Source: Candidatus Oleincola secundus | GTDB lineage: Bacteria > Atribacterota > Phoenicimicrobiia > Phoenicimicrobiales > Stramentimicrobiaceae | NCBI GenBank assembly: GCA_018400815.1 | Contig: JAGYLS010000033.1 | Span: 1 to 18,329 of the forward strand | Length of the DNA stretch: 18,329 nucleotides | Direction of reading: 5' to 3' | In this document: positions 8,407-16,804 of the stretch, one piece after another | Position numbering within the stretch: the first letter of the stretch is position 1 | Layout: each line of letters starts with the position of its first letter | Program-made: the position numbers and the translations under genes | Notes under the pieces: model-generated | Seen by the model: only the letters and a program-made list of their open reading frames with translations | What the model was told of the DNA's origin: nothing | Databases searched by the model: none

Positions 8407-8652
8407 AAATATCGCACCCGCATAGCGGGTGGTTTTAAGAACCTCTAAAAGAGGTTTAACTTTTGGCTACTTTTTAGCTCTTTTTCTTGCGATTTTTTTA
8501 TTTAACCTTTAGCTATAATATTTCTAAGCAAGATAACTTTTAACTTTGGACTTCAAATGAAAAATTATCATCTAGCTACTCTTAATCTTTTTATGGTAAA
8601 AACATTTTATTTAACCATTACCACCTTCTTATAAGGTGTTTTTTATAGTTAA
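8407..8652 (-). mobile_element. Decayed, internally deleted IS200/IS605-family relic (MITE-like), copy 1
   Basis: Hairpins CACCCGC-ATA-GCGGGTG (8415-8431) and AACCTCT-AAA-AGAGGTT (8440-8456). Minus-strand remnant IKKSQEKELKSSQKLNLF* (8501-8445) resembles a TnpA C-terminus. A possible other-end hairpin CACCTT-N5-AAGGTG lies at 8622-8638. 8407-8441 matches 18217-18251 at 33/35 nt. Confidence 0.55.
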
Positions 8653-8674
8653 ATAAAAATTATTAACTTTTAAC

Positions 8675-8702
8675 TTGACAAATATGGAAAATAAGATATA
8701 AT
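8675..8702 (+). promoter_or_regulatory. Consensus sigma70/sigmaA promoter of marR-trxA
   Basis: TTGACA (8675-8680), 16-bp spacer, TATAAT (8697-8702), about 100 bp upstream of the marR ATG. Confidence 0.8.
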
Positions 8703-8731
8703 TGCTAATAGAAAATATTGCTAAAAGCAAT
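8701..8731. promoter_or_regulatory. Candidate tandem MarR operator
   Basis: Perfect palindrome ATTGCT-AAA-AGCAAT (8717-8731) and an imperfect copy ATTGCT-AAT-AGAAAA (8701-8715), 16 bp apart, overlapping the -10 box and expected transcription start. Confidence 0.65.
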
Positions 8732-8798
8732 TTATTTAAATCAAAAATATTAATATAAAGAGGTTTCAAGGAAAATATTCCCTTGGGTTCATTGTTAA

Positions 8799-9260
8799 AT
8801 GAAAGAAATTTATGATATCATTCTGAAGATAAGGCATTTTTGTACCTGCAATGAAAGTAAAATCAGTTCTTCTTGCCATATTGGTTTAGCTGAATTTAAA
8901 GGTATTAATGCTATGGAAAATAATAAAAATGTTACCTGCACTGAATTATCAGAAAGAATGAATCTTTCACCTTCTCGCGGAAGCAGAATTATTGATAATC
9001 TGGTAAAAAAGGGCTACTTATTAAGAAAAATTAAGGATTACGATCGTCGTTCAACCCTACTTTGTTTAACTGAGAAGGGTAAAAAAATAAAGCATGAAAT
9101 TAATCAAGAGCAGAGAAGTTTTGAACAAAAGATAAGCTCAGAACTTAACGTTCAGGAAATTGAATCAATAATAATAGGATTAAAAACCTTAGAAAAATTT
9201 TTAGTACACAATAAAAAAGGAGATAAAGATGTCAGAAAAAACATTAGTAGAAGTCAATGA
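8799..9260 (+). CDS. MarR-family transcriptional regulator, cysteine-rich
   Basis: Winged-HTH pattern ELSERMNLSPSRGSRIIDNLVKKGYL...DRRS..LCLTEKG in a 153-aa protein. Cys at positions 15, 17, 26, 47 and 89. Confidence 0.92.
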   Translation: MKEIYDIILKIRHFCTCNESKISSSCHIGLAEFKGINAMENNKNVTCTELSERMNLSPSRGSRIIDNLVKKGYLLRKIKDYDRRSTLLCLTEKGKKIKHEINQEQRSFEQKISSELNVQEIESIIIGLKTLEKFLVHNKKGDKDVRKNISRSQ

Positions 9261-9558
9261 AAGTAATTTTCAACAAGAAGTGCTGGATTCTTCTGTTCCC
9301 GTACTGGTAGATTTGTGGGCACCTTGGTGTATGCCCTGCAGAATAGTAAGTCCAAGTGTTGAGAAAATTGCTAATGATAATGAAGACAAGTTAAAAGTCT
9401 GTAAATTAAACGTTGATAACAATCAAAATATTGCGGTTCGTTATAATGTCCAAGGAATTCCAACTCTTTTGATTTTTAAAGATGGGCAAGAGGCTGACCG
9501 AATTGTGGGAGCAGTTCCTCCTCAAGCAATTCAAGCAAAATTAGATAAGATTCTTTAG
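9229..9558 (+). CDS. trxA: Thioredoxin
   Basis: 109 aa with VLVDLWAPWCMPC, KLNVD and the GIPTL cis-Pro motif. RBS AAGGAG. Overlaps the marR 3' end by 32 nt. Confidence 0.96.
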   Translation: MSEKTLVEVNESNFQQEVLDSSVPVLVDLWAPWCMPCRIVSPSVEKIANDNEDKLKVCKLNVDNNQNIAVRYNVQGIPTLLIFKDGQEADRIVGAVPPQAIQAKLDKIL

Positions 9559-9573
9559 AGATTCAAGATTATT

Positions 9574-9612
9574 AGCGGGTGTAATTCAAGACATGTTTTA
9601 CACCCGCTTTTT
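9574..9612 (+). terminator. Intrinsic terminator of marR-trxA, between convergent genes
   Basis: 11-bp stem AGCGGGTGTAA (9574-9584) / TTACACCCGCT (9598-9608) followed by a T run, 15 nt after the trxA stop. Confidence 0.8.
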
Positions 9613-9655
9613 ATTCCAATAAACTGCATTAATTGGCAATGGTAATTTTTTCTGT

Positions 9656-11320
9656 CTATTCAGATCTGTTCTTATCAGTCATCAACAGACTCAATTCCAC
9701 TCCTTCTTTTCTTAAAGCTATTATTTTGTTTCTCAATTGAACCAGATTTTCATCTGATAATTCTTCCTTGCTTTTCTGATCTAATTTTTCTAAAATGGAA
9801 TCCATCAATTCTTTTAACTGTATAGTTTCGTTTTCAAATGATTGCAGTGCCTTTATACTTTTTTCTCGAACAACTTCTGCCGGAACAGCTTCACCGGTTC
9901 CTTTAATCACAAATTTTTCTCCCAGTTGTGGGATAATTGCCTTTAGACCCAGGTCATTTTGTATCAAATCGTATAAAGTGTCGAGTGCTTCATCTTCTCC
10001 GTGAACTAAAAATACTTTTTGTGGTTTTTTCTTGAAATTTTTTATCCACTGTATAAGTTCATCCTGGTCAGCATGACCGGAAAAACCTTCTAAAACATGT
10101 ATTTGGGCATTTATCTTAATTTCTTCCCCAAATATCTTAACTTTTTTTGCCCCATCTTTTATTCTTCTCCCCAGAGTCCCTTCTGCTTGATATCCGACAA
10201 ATACAATACTGGATTCTTTCCTCCATAAATTATGTTTAAGGTGGTGTTTAATTCGACCGGCAGTGCACATACCGCTGGCAGAAATTATTACCTTACTCTC
10301 CGGGATCGTATTAAGTCTTTTAGATTCCTTAGCTGTCCTTGTAAAATGAAGATTTTTAAAATCTAGAGGGTGGTATCCCTGTTTGATAAGTGAGAGCGTA
10401 TCTGCATCAAAACAGTCTGGATTTCGCCTGAATATCTCGGTAGCAGAAATAGTCAAAGGACTATCAACATATACCGGTATATCTAAATAACTTCGATCTT
10501 TTACCGAGATAATTTGGTCATAATACTGATTTAGCTCATAAATAATATCCTGGGCACGTTGTACGGCAAATGAAGGTATAACTACATTTCCTCCCCTTTT
10601 CTGTGCTTCAATCATGATGGGAATCAATTTTGCGGCTTCATTATCCAAAGAAGGATGCAGGCGATTCCCGTATGTAGATTCAATAATTAAATAGTCAGCT
10701 TCTTCGATAATGGCAGGATCTCTAATAATTGGTTTGTTTTTTCTTCCCAAATCACCACTAAAGACCAGCTTAACAGTATACCCGCTCTCTTTTATCCAGA
10801 GTTCCACAATTGCTGAACCAAGAATATGACCGGCATCCTGGAAACGAACTGTTAACTTATCATCTATTGTAATTCTTTGATTGTATAAAACCGGTAAAAA
10901 AGCTTTCAAGCTGTCTGTTGCTTCATCTGCCGTATATAGAGGCTCCCGCAAAGGTTTGCCAGCACGCTTTCTCTTGCGATTCTCCCATTCATTTTCCGTT
11001 TCCTGAACATAGCCGCTATCAGGAAGCATTATAGAACATAGGTCATAAGTTGCCTTGGTACAATAAATCTTGCCCTTAAATCCTGATTTAATCAGACTGG
11101 GAATGCGGCCACTGTGATCAATGTGGGCATGTGATAGAATGAGAAGGTCAATTTCTTCAGGATTAAAGCGAAAGGGCTGATAATTAAGTCGGTTAAGTTG
11201 CCGACTCCCCTGGAACATTCCACAATCAAGCAATATTTTCTTGTTTTCAGTCTCCAGTAATATATTTGAGCCTGTAACTACCCGAGCAGCTCCTAAAAAA
11301 TGTATTTTCATTATTTTCAA
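9656..11320 (-). CDS. MBL-fold beta-CASP ribonuclease (YSH1/CPSF-like, RNA-specificity domain)
   Basis: FLGAARVVTGS, LDCGMFQG, SHAHIDHSG, AGHILGS, FSGDLG, ESTYG, SASGM, FVGYQA, FSGHAD and VHGE motifs, with a helical C-terminal extension. TTG start with RBS AAAGGA; an alternative ATG is at 11311. Confidence 0.93.
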   Translation of the reverse strand: MKIMKIHFLGAARVVTGSNILLETENKKILLDCGMFQGSRQLNRLNYQPFRFNPEEIDLLILSHAHIDHSGRIPSLIKSGFKGKIYCTKATYDLCSIMLPDSGYVQETENEWENRKRKRAGKPLREPLYTADEATDSLKAFLPVLYNQRITIDDKLTVRFQDAGHILGSAIVELWIKESGYTVKLVFSGDLGRKNKPIIRDPAIIEEADYLIIESTYGNRLHPSLDNEAAKLIPIMIEAQKRGGNVVIPSFAVQRAQDIIYELNQYYDQIISVKDRSYLDIPVYVDSPLTISATEIFRRNPDCFDADTLSLIKQGYHPLDFKNLHFTRTAKESKRLNTIPESKVIISASGMCTAGRIKHHLKHNLWRKESSIVFVGYQAEGTLGRRIKDGAKKVKIFGEEIKINAQIHVLEGFSGHADQDELIQWIKNFKKKPQKVFLVHGEDEALDTLYDLIQNDLGLKAIIPQLGEKFVIKGTGEAVPAEVVREKSIKALQSFENETIQLKELMDSILEKLDQKSKEELSDENLVQLRNKIIALRKEGVELSLLMTDKNRSE

Positions 11321-11374
11321 ATACCATTCCTTTCTCTTAAACTTTTATCCGATCTCCCTAAATTAATAAGATAT

Positions 11375-12619
11375 TCAATCAACAATTTTGGTTAAAAAAA
11401 GATAATAAAATATAGAAAAAATACTAAGAACAGAAATATGGGTTATTAAAATATTATAAAATTTGTTAATTCTAATATGGAAATAATCTTTTGTAATTGC
11501 AAGACAAAGATGTATTGGTGTAAGCATCATACCTATATGTCCGGAAATAAACAACAAGACCATTTTGCTAATAACAATCATTCCATTATTGTCAACTAAA
11601 ATTGTAGAAAATATTGGTACACATATACCTATAAATGCAATAACACTACCAGTAAAAAATCCTATCAGAAAAGGTACAAGAACCAATACTCCAGACAAAG
11701 GAACTCCTAAAGATAAAAAATAATCTGGCAAAAGTGCTACCACCTGTGAATATTCTAACATCCCTTTAAAGATAAATATGCCACAAACTAAAAAAAGAGT
11801 TTTATAACTCGCTTTGACGGATTCAAAAAGAAAACTAGTCCATTGCAATCTTAATTCTGTATTAAAAATTAATAATAATGAAAGTACCAGAGAAAGTGAA
11901 AATAAGAGCATAATATTAAAGATTAAAGTCAATAAAACAACCATTAAAATTGGCCAGGTGTTATAAATAAATCCTTTTATTGCTATTATTTGGCTATATT
12001 TAAGAATTCTTTTTTTAACCGGGTAGTAGTTTAAATTCAGGTATAACCATATTGTACCACTTAAAAAAGCCATAACAGAGAAAGGACAAAGTAGTACTAT
12101 TAATTTTTTCAGAGATATACTAAGTAATGAGGCATATAATATAATACTTGGATTCAACGGATATATTAAAGTTACTATGTGGCGGAACCAATAATTTATA
12201 AACATATTTTTTTCTGCACTTATCTTGTTAACATCCCCAATCGATTTAATCATGGGCGCAGAAAATATTGCTCCACCCTGTATTGGCAATAAAGATACAA
12301 AAGATGGTACAAGAATCATCACTAATCGGTAATCCCTTATCATTTCTTGCAAAAAATAAACCATTCTCTCAAATTTTTTTAATTTTTCCATACAAATGCT
12401 TAATAAATATAGCAAGAAAATAATACTAAGCAATTCAATCGATGTTGAGTCAAGTACTGCATCTCTCCAAATTATCAAAATCCTAATAATATCAATTCTA
12501 AACAATAAACCTATTAATACTGAATTTATAAGTAGGTTCAAGCTTAAGTTCAAATTTATCTTAAGGAAAAATATAATTAATATTAGTATTATAAGTAATT
12601 TAATAATTTCGCTTGGCAT
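11375..12619 (-). CDS. DUF401-family membrane protein (paralogue 2)
   Basis: Polytopic membrane protein with LPIQGGAIFSAP, INYWFRH...YPLNP and LTPIHLCL. Confidence 0.8.
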   Translation of the reverse strand: MPSEIIKLLIILILIIFFLKINLNLSLNLLINSVLIGLLFRIDIIRILIIWRDAVLDSTSIELLSIIFLLYLLSICMEKLKKFERMVYFLQEMIRDYRLVMILVPSFVSLLPIQGGAIFSAPMIKSIGDVNKISAEKNMFINYWFRHIVTLIYPLNPSIILYASLLSISLKKLIVLLCPFSVMAFLSGTIWLYLNLNYYPVKKRILKYSQIIAIKGFIYNTWPILMVVLLTLIFNIMLLFSLSLVLSLLLIFNTELRLQWTSFLFESVKASYKTLFLVCGIFIFKGMLEYSQVVALLPDYFLSLGVPLSGVLVLVPFLIGFFTGSVIAFIGICVPIFSTILVDNNGMIVISKMVLLFISGHIGMMLTPIHLCLAITKDYFHIRINKFYNILITHISVLSIFSIFYYLFLTKIVD

Positions 12620-12653
12620 ATTTCACCTTAGATTGTTTTTATAATTAATTTAT

Positions 12654-13871
12654 TTATATGAACACATAAATATATAAAGCGCTAATAATAATCAAAATTA
12701 GTAAATTAATTGATAACATTTTATAAAATTTTACGATATCCGCTTTTAGATACCCTATTGTTACCGTTAAACAAAGATGCATAGGGGAAATCATCATGCC
12801 TGCAAATCCCGCAATATACACAATCATTGCCATGGATAAATTTAGAGAACCATATTGGGTCATAATAGGCATTAATATTGGAAAACTAACCCCTATAGCG
12901 CTTATGGTAACCCCGGTTAAGGATCCTATTAAGAAAGGAATAAAAAATAAGACAACCCAAATATTGATGCCAATGGTAGAAAAAAATTGGGGAAGTTGAG
13001 TAATAGAATCCGTGCTTTCCAGGATTTGTTTAAACAGCATAATACCAATAATCATAATAACAACTTTAAACGAAACATCTTGAAAGATAAGCTCCCATAC
13101 CTCTTTAATTGAAATTCGTTTAATAATCAAAAGCAAAATAATAGATATGCTTAAGGAAACCAATAAATTAATTTTTAAGAACAAAACTAAAAATATAATT
13201 AATAATATTGACCAAACACTCTTGAAGAATATAAATATTTGTGCTTTCCAATCCTTATAATTTATTTTAAAATTATTATTACTTTCTAAATGTGTATACA
13301 TCCAGAAAAAGCCGATAGACACTGCAATGATAGTGAAAGGAAATTGAAGAATCATTATTTCTCGTACATCAACTTTAATAAATGAAGAATATAGCAAGAC
13401 GACTGGATATAAAGGCCAGATAAATTCCCAAACATGTCGATGCCAGTAATTTGCAAACATAATTTCTTCTGCATTCATATTATTCTTTTGACCAATTTCT
13501 CTTAACAATGGAGCAGAAAACATAGCACCCGCAGGCATCGGTATTAATCCTAAAAAAGAGGCAATAATAAAAAGTATTAAACGATAATCAGCAACTATAT
13601 TCAGTAAAGAACTAATAATGCCATCCATGCTTTTTGTTCTTCTTAAAATGCCACTCAAAATATAAACCAGAATAATAATACCAACTAACTCCAATGTATT
13701 CGGATCGCTTACTGCAAGGTAAATATTATTTATTATTCCATAAAAACCCAGCTGAAAAAGGAGTCCCAAAATAATGGAAGATATAAACATAACAAGACCA
13801 AGATCCAACCTCAGTCTTAATAAGATTACAATCAATATAATAATTGAGAATAATTTAATAGCTGCAGTCAT
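12654..13871 (-). CDS. DUF401-family membrane protein (paralogue 1)
   Basis: GLIPMPAGAMFSAP, ANYWHRHVWEFIWPLYP and ISPMHLCL. RBS GAGGAG upstream. Confidence 0.85.
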   Translation of the reverse strand: MTAAIKLFSIIILIVILLRLRLDLGLVMFISSIILGLLFQLGFYGIINNIYLAVSDPNTLELVGIIILVYILSGILRRTKSMDGIISSLLNIVADYRLILFIIASFLGLIPMPAGAMFSAPLLREIGQKNNMNAEEIMFANYWHRHVWEFIWPLYPVVLLYSSFIKVDVREIMILQFPFTIIAVSIGFFWMYTHLESNNNFKINYKDWKAQIFIFFKSVWSILLIIFLVLFLKINLLVSLSISIILLLIIKRISIKEVWELIFQDVSFKVVIMIIGIMLFKQILESTDSITQLPQFFSTIGINIWVVLFFIPFLIGSLTGVTISAIGVSFPILMPIMTQYGSLNLSMAMIVYIAGFAGMMISPMHLCLTVTIGYLKADIVKFYKMLSINLLILIIISALYIYVFI

Positions 13872-13907
13872 AAACTCCTCATTTCTATATAATTATTATT
13901 TATTCTT

Positions 13908-13975
13908 TAAAATCATAAAAAATATTTCCACAAAAATAAAGAACTCTTTTTGTGGAAATATTTTTTATGATTTTA
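13908..13975. repeat. Perfect 29-bp inverted repeat with 10-nt loop (possible terminator or cruciform)
   Basis: TAAAATCATAAAAAATATTTCCACAAAAA (13908-13936) is the exact reverse complement of 13947-13975. It is intergenic between asp23 and DUF401 paralogue 1. Confidence 0.9.
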
Positions 13976-14020
13976 TTCCTATTGGCTTACTTAAATTTTA
14001 AAAATTCTCAAAATAAGTAA

Positions 14021-14497
14021 TTAGGCCTTTTTCTCTGTATTGGCTTCTTTGTCTTTTTCTTTTACCTCTTTTGTTTCCTTCTTAAGCTCATTTTTTTCCT
14101 TTTTTTCTATTTCCTCTTTAAATTTAACATCAAGGACATTAATATCTACTTTAGAAACCTTTAGTCCTGCCATTGTTTCGATAGCCTTTTTAACATTTCT
14201 CTGAGTTTCCCTGGCAGTCTGATAAATACCAACCGTGTAATCTGCCACTAGAGAAATAGAAATAGCAACTTCTTTCTGGTTCATTGATACTTCAATTCCC
14301 TTAGTCAGGTTATTTTTATCTAACAGAGGGGCTGACATACCCTTTCTCCCTGCCGTTAAGCCTACTACACCTTTCACTTTAGTTGCTTCCATAGCCACGA
14401 TAATGGCAACAACGTCTTTAGAAACCGATATATTTCCCAGTTCTGTGTCCTGATTTTCTAATCCTGACTTTTTTTCATTCTTTTCATTATCTGTCAT
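14021..14497 (-). CDS. asp23: Asp23/Gls24-family envelope stress response protein
   Basis: LGNISVSKDVVAIIVAMEATKVKGV...KGIEV...Q.NVKKAIETMAGLKVSKVDINVLDV, with a K/E-rich tail. Strong RBS GGAGGAGG. Confidence 0.9.
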   Translation of the reverse strand: MTDNEKNEKKSGLENQDTELGNISVSKDVVAIIVAMEATKVKGVVGLTAGRKGMSAPLLDKNNLTKGIEVSMNQKEVAISISLVADYTVGIYQTARETQRNVKKAIETMAGLKVSKVDINVLDVKFKEEIEKKEKNELKKETKEVKEKDKEANTEKKA

Positions 14498-14516
14498 GAA
14501 TATTAAACCTCCTCCT

Positions 14517-15086
14517 CTATTTTGAACTTTCTCGATCTCCTATATAATCAATTTTATTTACATTTATTTTGACTTCCTTTGCTTCAACTCCACTAATCTT
14601 GGGTAATTCTTCTTTTAATTTCTGTTGAATAGAATGGGCAGTCTCCGGTATATTGCAGTTCGTTGAAACAATGAGTTGTAAAATCGCTCGAATACCCCCA
14701 TTCTTCAGGACCTGAATATCCGGTCGAATTTCTTTGACCCCTTCTATACCATGTAAAATATTTAATATTATCTGCCCAAGCGAAGTGGTAGATATTTTTA
14801 TTTCACCATCATCAGTAGTGATTTTTACAGAGGGTATCTGTTGAATCATTTTTTGTTTCACCCATATTAGGTAAAAGCTAATAGCAAGTATCAAAAGCCC
14901 TATCAAGGCAACTAATATTTGACTATTAAAACTTGAATATACCAAGTTGAGATTATGATTAATTATTTTAACTAAAAATCCTTGTTCAATCACATGAAAA
15001 GCAATTAAAAAGCATTGTAAAGAAAAAATCAATAACAGAATGATAAAAAGTATAAAAATCATATTATTAAAAAATTTTTCCTTCAT
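14517..15086 (-). CDS. amaP: AmaP-like alkaline shock response membrane anchor
   Basis: Two N-terminal TM segments followed by an Asp23-like domain (GEIKIS...IEGVKE...IQQKLKEELPKISGVEAKEVKINV). Lies immediately upstream of the asp23 homologue. Confidence 0.75.
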   Translation of the reverse strand: MKEKFFNNMIFILFIILLLIFSLQCFLIAFHVIEQGFLVKIINHNLNLVYSSFNSQILVALIGLLILAISFYLIWVKQKMIQQIPSVKITTDDGEIKISTTSLGQIILNILHGIEGVKEIRPDIQVLKNGGIRAILQLIVSTNCNIPETAHSIQQKLKEELPKISGVEAKEVKINVNKIDYIGDRESSK

Positions 15087-15154
15087 AATAAACCTCTCTA
15101 ATTTAATTTTATCGGACTTCTTGTCCTAACATCAAACAAAATAGAAATCTTAAA

Positions 15155-16000
15155 TTAATGCTTATCTAATAAAAGGCTGGAAATACGGTTTAAATCCTCT
15201 TGACTATAAAACTCTATAGCCAGATTACCTCGTTTTCCATTAAATATTATCTTTACTTTGGTACCAAGTCTGTCAATTAACTCCTTTTCCAGGTCGGGGA
15301 AATTTTGTACTGCTTTCTTTTGAACGGAAATCTTTTTATTCTTTTTCATCCACCGGTTTACGGTTCTCTCCAATTCTCTTACTGATAAACCCTGTTCAAT
15401 GATTTTTTCCCCAAACTCCTGTTGCAACTGTTTATCGTCTAAGCCTAATAAAACTTTTGCGTGACCAAGACTAATTTTCCCAGATGCAACGCTTTTTTTA
15501 ACCCAATCATCCAGATTCAGCAGGCGAACACTGTTGCTAATAAAGGTTCTGCTTTTCCCGGTCATTTCAGCTAATTCTTGATGCGTTAATTTAAATTCAT
15601 CAACTAATCTCTTAAAAGCACAAGCCTGATCGATTGGGTTGAGATCTTCCCTTTGAATATTTTCCACCAGTGCTATTTCGAATGTTTTTAGATTATTAAA
15701 CTGCCTGATAATTATCGGGACTTTTTTCATACCAATTTCTTTTGCTGCCTTTAATCTTCTTTCTCCAGCTACAATCTCATATCCTTCGGTTGACTCCCGA
15801 ACAATAATTGGCTGAATAATTCCATGTGTTTTGATAGATTCTTTTAACTCATCCATTTTTTCCTGGTCAAAATCTTGCCGCGGTTGATAAAGATTGGGCA
15901 TTAGTCTATCAACCTCTACCTCGGTAACATAGGAACGGTCTTTTATATTAGATATAGGTATAAGTGACTCGAGTCCTCTCCCTAATCCTTTCTTAGCCAT
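15155..16000 (-). CDS. parB: ParB/Spo0J chromosome partition protein
   Basis: KKGLGRGLESL N-terminus, PN.YQPR, GIIQPI, AGERRLKA (CTP-binding motif), ENIQREDLNPI and HTH GKSRTFISNSVRLL. Confidence 0.97.
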   Translation of the reverse strand: MAKKGLGRGLESLIPISNIKDRSYVTEVEVDRLMPNLYQPRQDFDQEKMDELKESIKTHGIIQPIIVRESTEGYEIVAGERRLKAAKEIGMKKVPIIIRQFNNLKTFEIALVENIQREDLNPIDQACAFKRLVDEFKLTHQELAEMTGKSRTFISNSVRLLNLDDWVKKSVASGKISLGHAKVLLGLDDKQLQQEFGEKIIEQGLSVRELERTVNRWMKKNKKISVQKKAVQNFPDLEKELIDRLGTKVKIIFNGKRGNLAIEFYSQEDLNRISSLLLDKH

Positions 16001-16754
16001 GTGAAATCACCTCCTGAGCTAATTTCTGATAAGCCTTAGCCCCCTTGGATTTTAGCTCGTAAATTGCTATGGGTTGACCATAACTAGGGGCCTCACTCAA
16101 TCGAACATTTCGAGGGATGATAGATTGAAATATACTACCTTGGAAATGTTTATTAATCTCTTCCACTACTTCCTTGGATAGATTATTTCGCTGATCATAC
16201 ATTGTTAATAAGATGCCTTCGATGGATAAATTTGGATTTAAATTTTCTTTAACCAAAGTAATTGTATTCAATAGTTGACCAATTCCTTCCAGCGCATAAT
16301 ACTCACATTGTACAGGAATAATAACAGAATCGGCCGCATTGAGGGCATTCAAGGTTAACAAACCCAAGGAGGGTGGAGTATCTATAACAATATAATCATA
16401 TTTTTCCTTTATTGGGCGTATTAATTGCTTTAGTCGATTTTCTCGAGAGATATAATTTACCAATTCTACTTCTGCTCCTGCTAATTGCAATGTAGAAGGC
16501 AATACATCTAAATTTTCAACCTGGCTTGGCACCATTACATCTTGAATAGGAATTTGGTTTATAAGGCAATCATAAATATTTTTTTCAATCTTAGAACGCT
16601 CTACCCCTATTCCACTACTGGCATTTCCCTGGGGGTCAATATCGATCAGAAGAACTTTCTTTTTCTCTATTGCTAAAAAAGCACTTAAATTAATAGCAGT
16701 AGTTGTTTTACCTACACCACCTTTTTGATTGCTGATAGACATAATTTTACTCAT
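15993..16754 (-). CDS. parA: ParA/Soj ATPase
   Basis: NQKGGVGKTT deviant Walker A, DIDPQGNA, IDTPPSLG, PVQCEYYALEG, IPRNVRLSEAPS. Start reassigned to ATG 16754 (253 aa, RBS AGAGGA), because the track's MFHVEH extension is a translation of parS. Confidence 0.97.
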   Translation of the reverse strand: MSKIMSISNQKGGVGKTTTAINLSAFLAIEKKKVLLIDIDPQGNASSGIGVERSKIEKNIYDCLINQIPIQDVMVPSQVENLDVLPSTLQLAGAEVELVNYISRENRLKQLIRPIKEKYDYIVIDTPPSLGLLTLNALNAADSVIIPVQCEYYALEGIGQLLNTITLVKENLNPNLSIEGILLTMYDQRNNLSKEVVEEINKHFQGSIFQSIIPRNVRLSEAPSYGQPIAIYELKSKGAKAYQKLAQEVISHG

Positions 16755-16788
16755 GACTGATAATTCCTCTTTATATTTTAAACTAATA

Positions 16789-16804
16789 TGTTCCACGTGG
16801 AACA
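16789..16804. promoter_or_regulatory. parS: parS centromere site
   Basis: Perfect palindrome TGTTCCACGTGGAACA, matching the widespread bacterial parS consensus, 34 bp upstream of the parA start. Confidence 0.95.

Noticed and set aside
9575..9607. The trxA terminator stem shares the GCGGGTG/CACCCGC heptamer with the repeated hairpin element
   Set aside because: The arms are in the opposite order, the loop and flanks differ, and a terminator explains it fully.
9795..14001. Short plus-strand ORFs at 9795, 12396, 12796 and 13774
   Set aside because: Antisense to confident minus-strand genes. The Ile/Asn/Lys-rich composition is typical of the reverse strand of membrane-protein genes.
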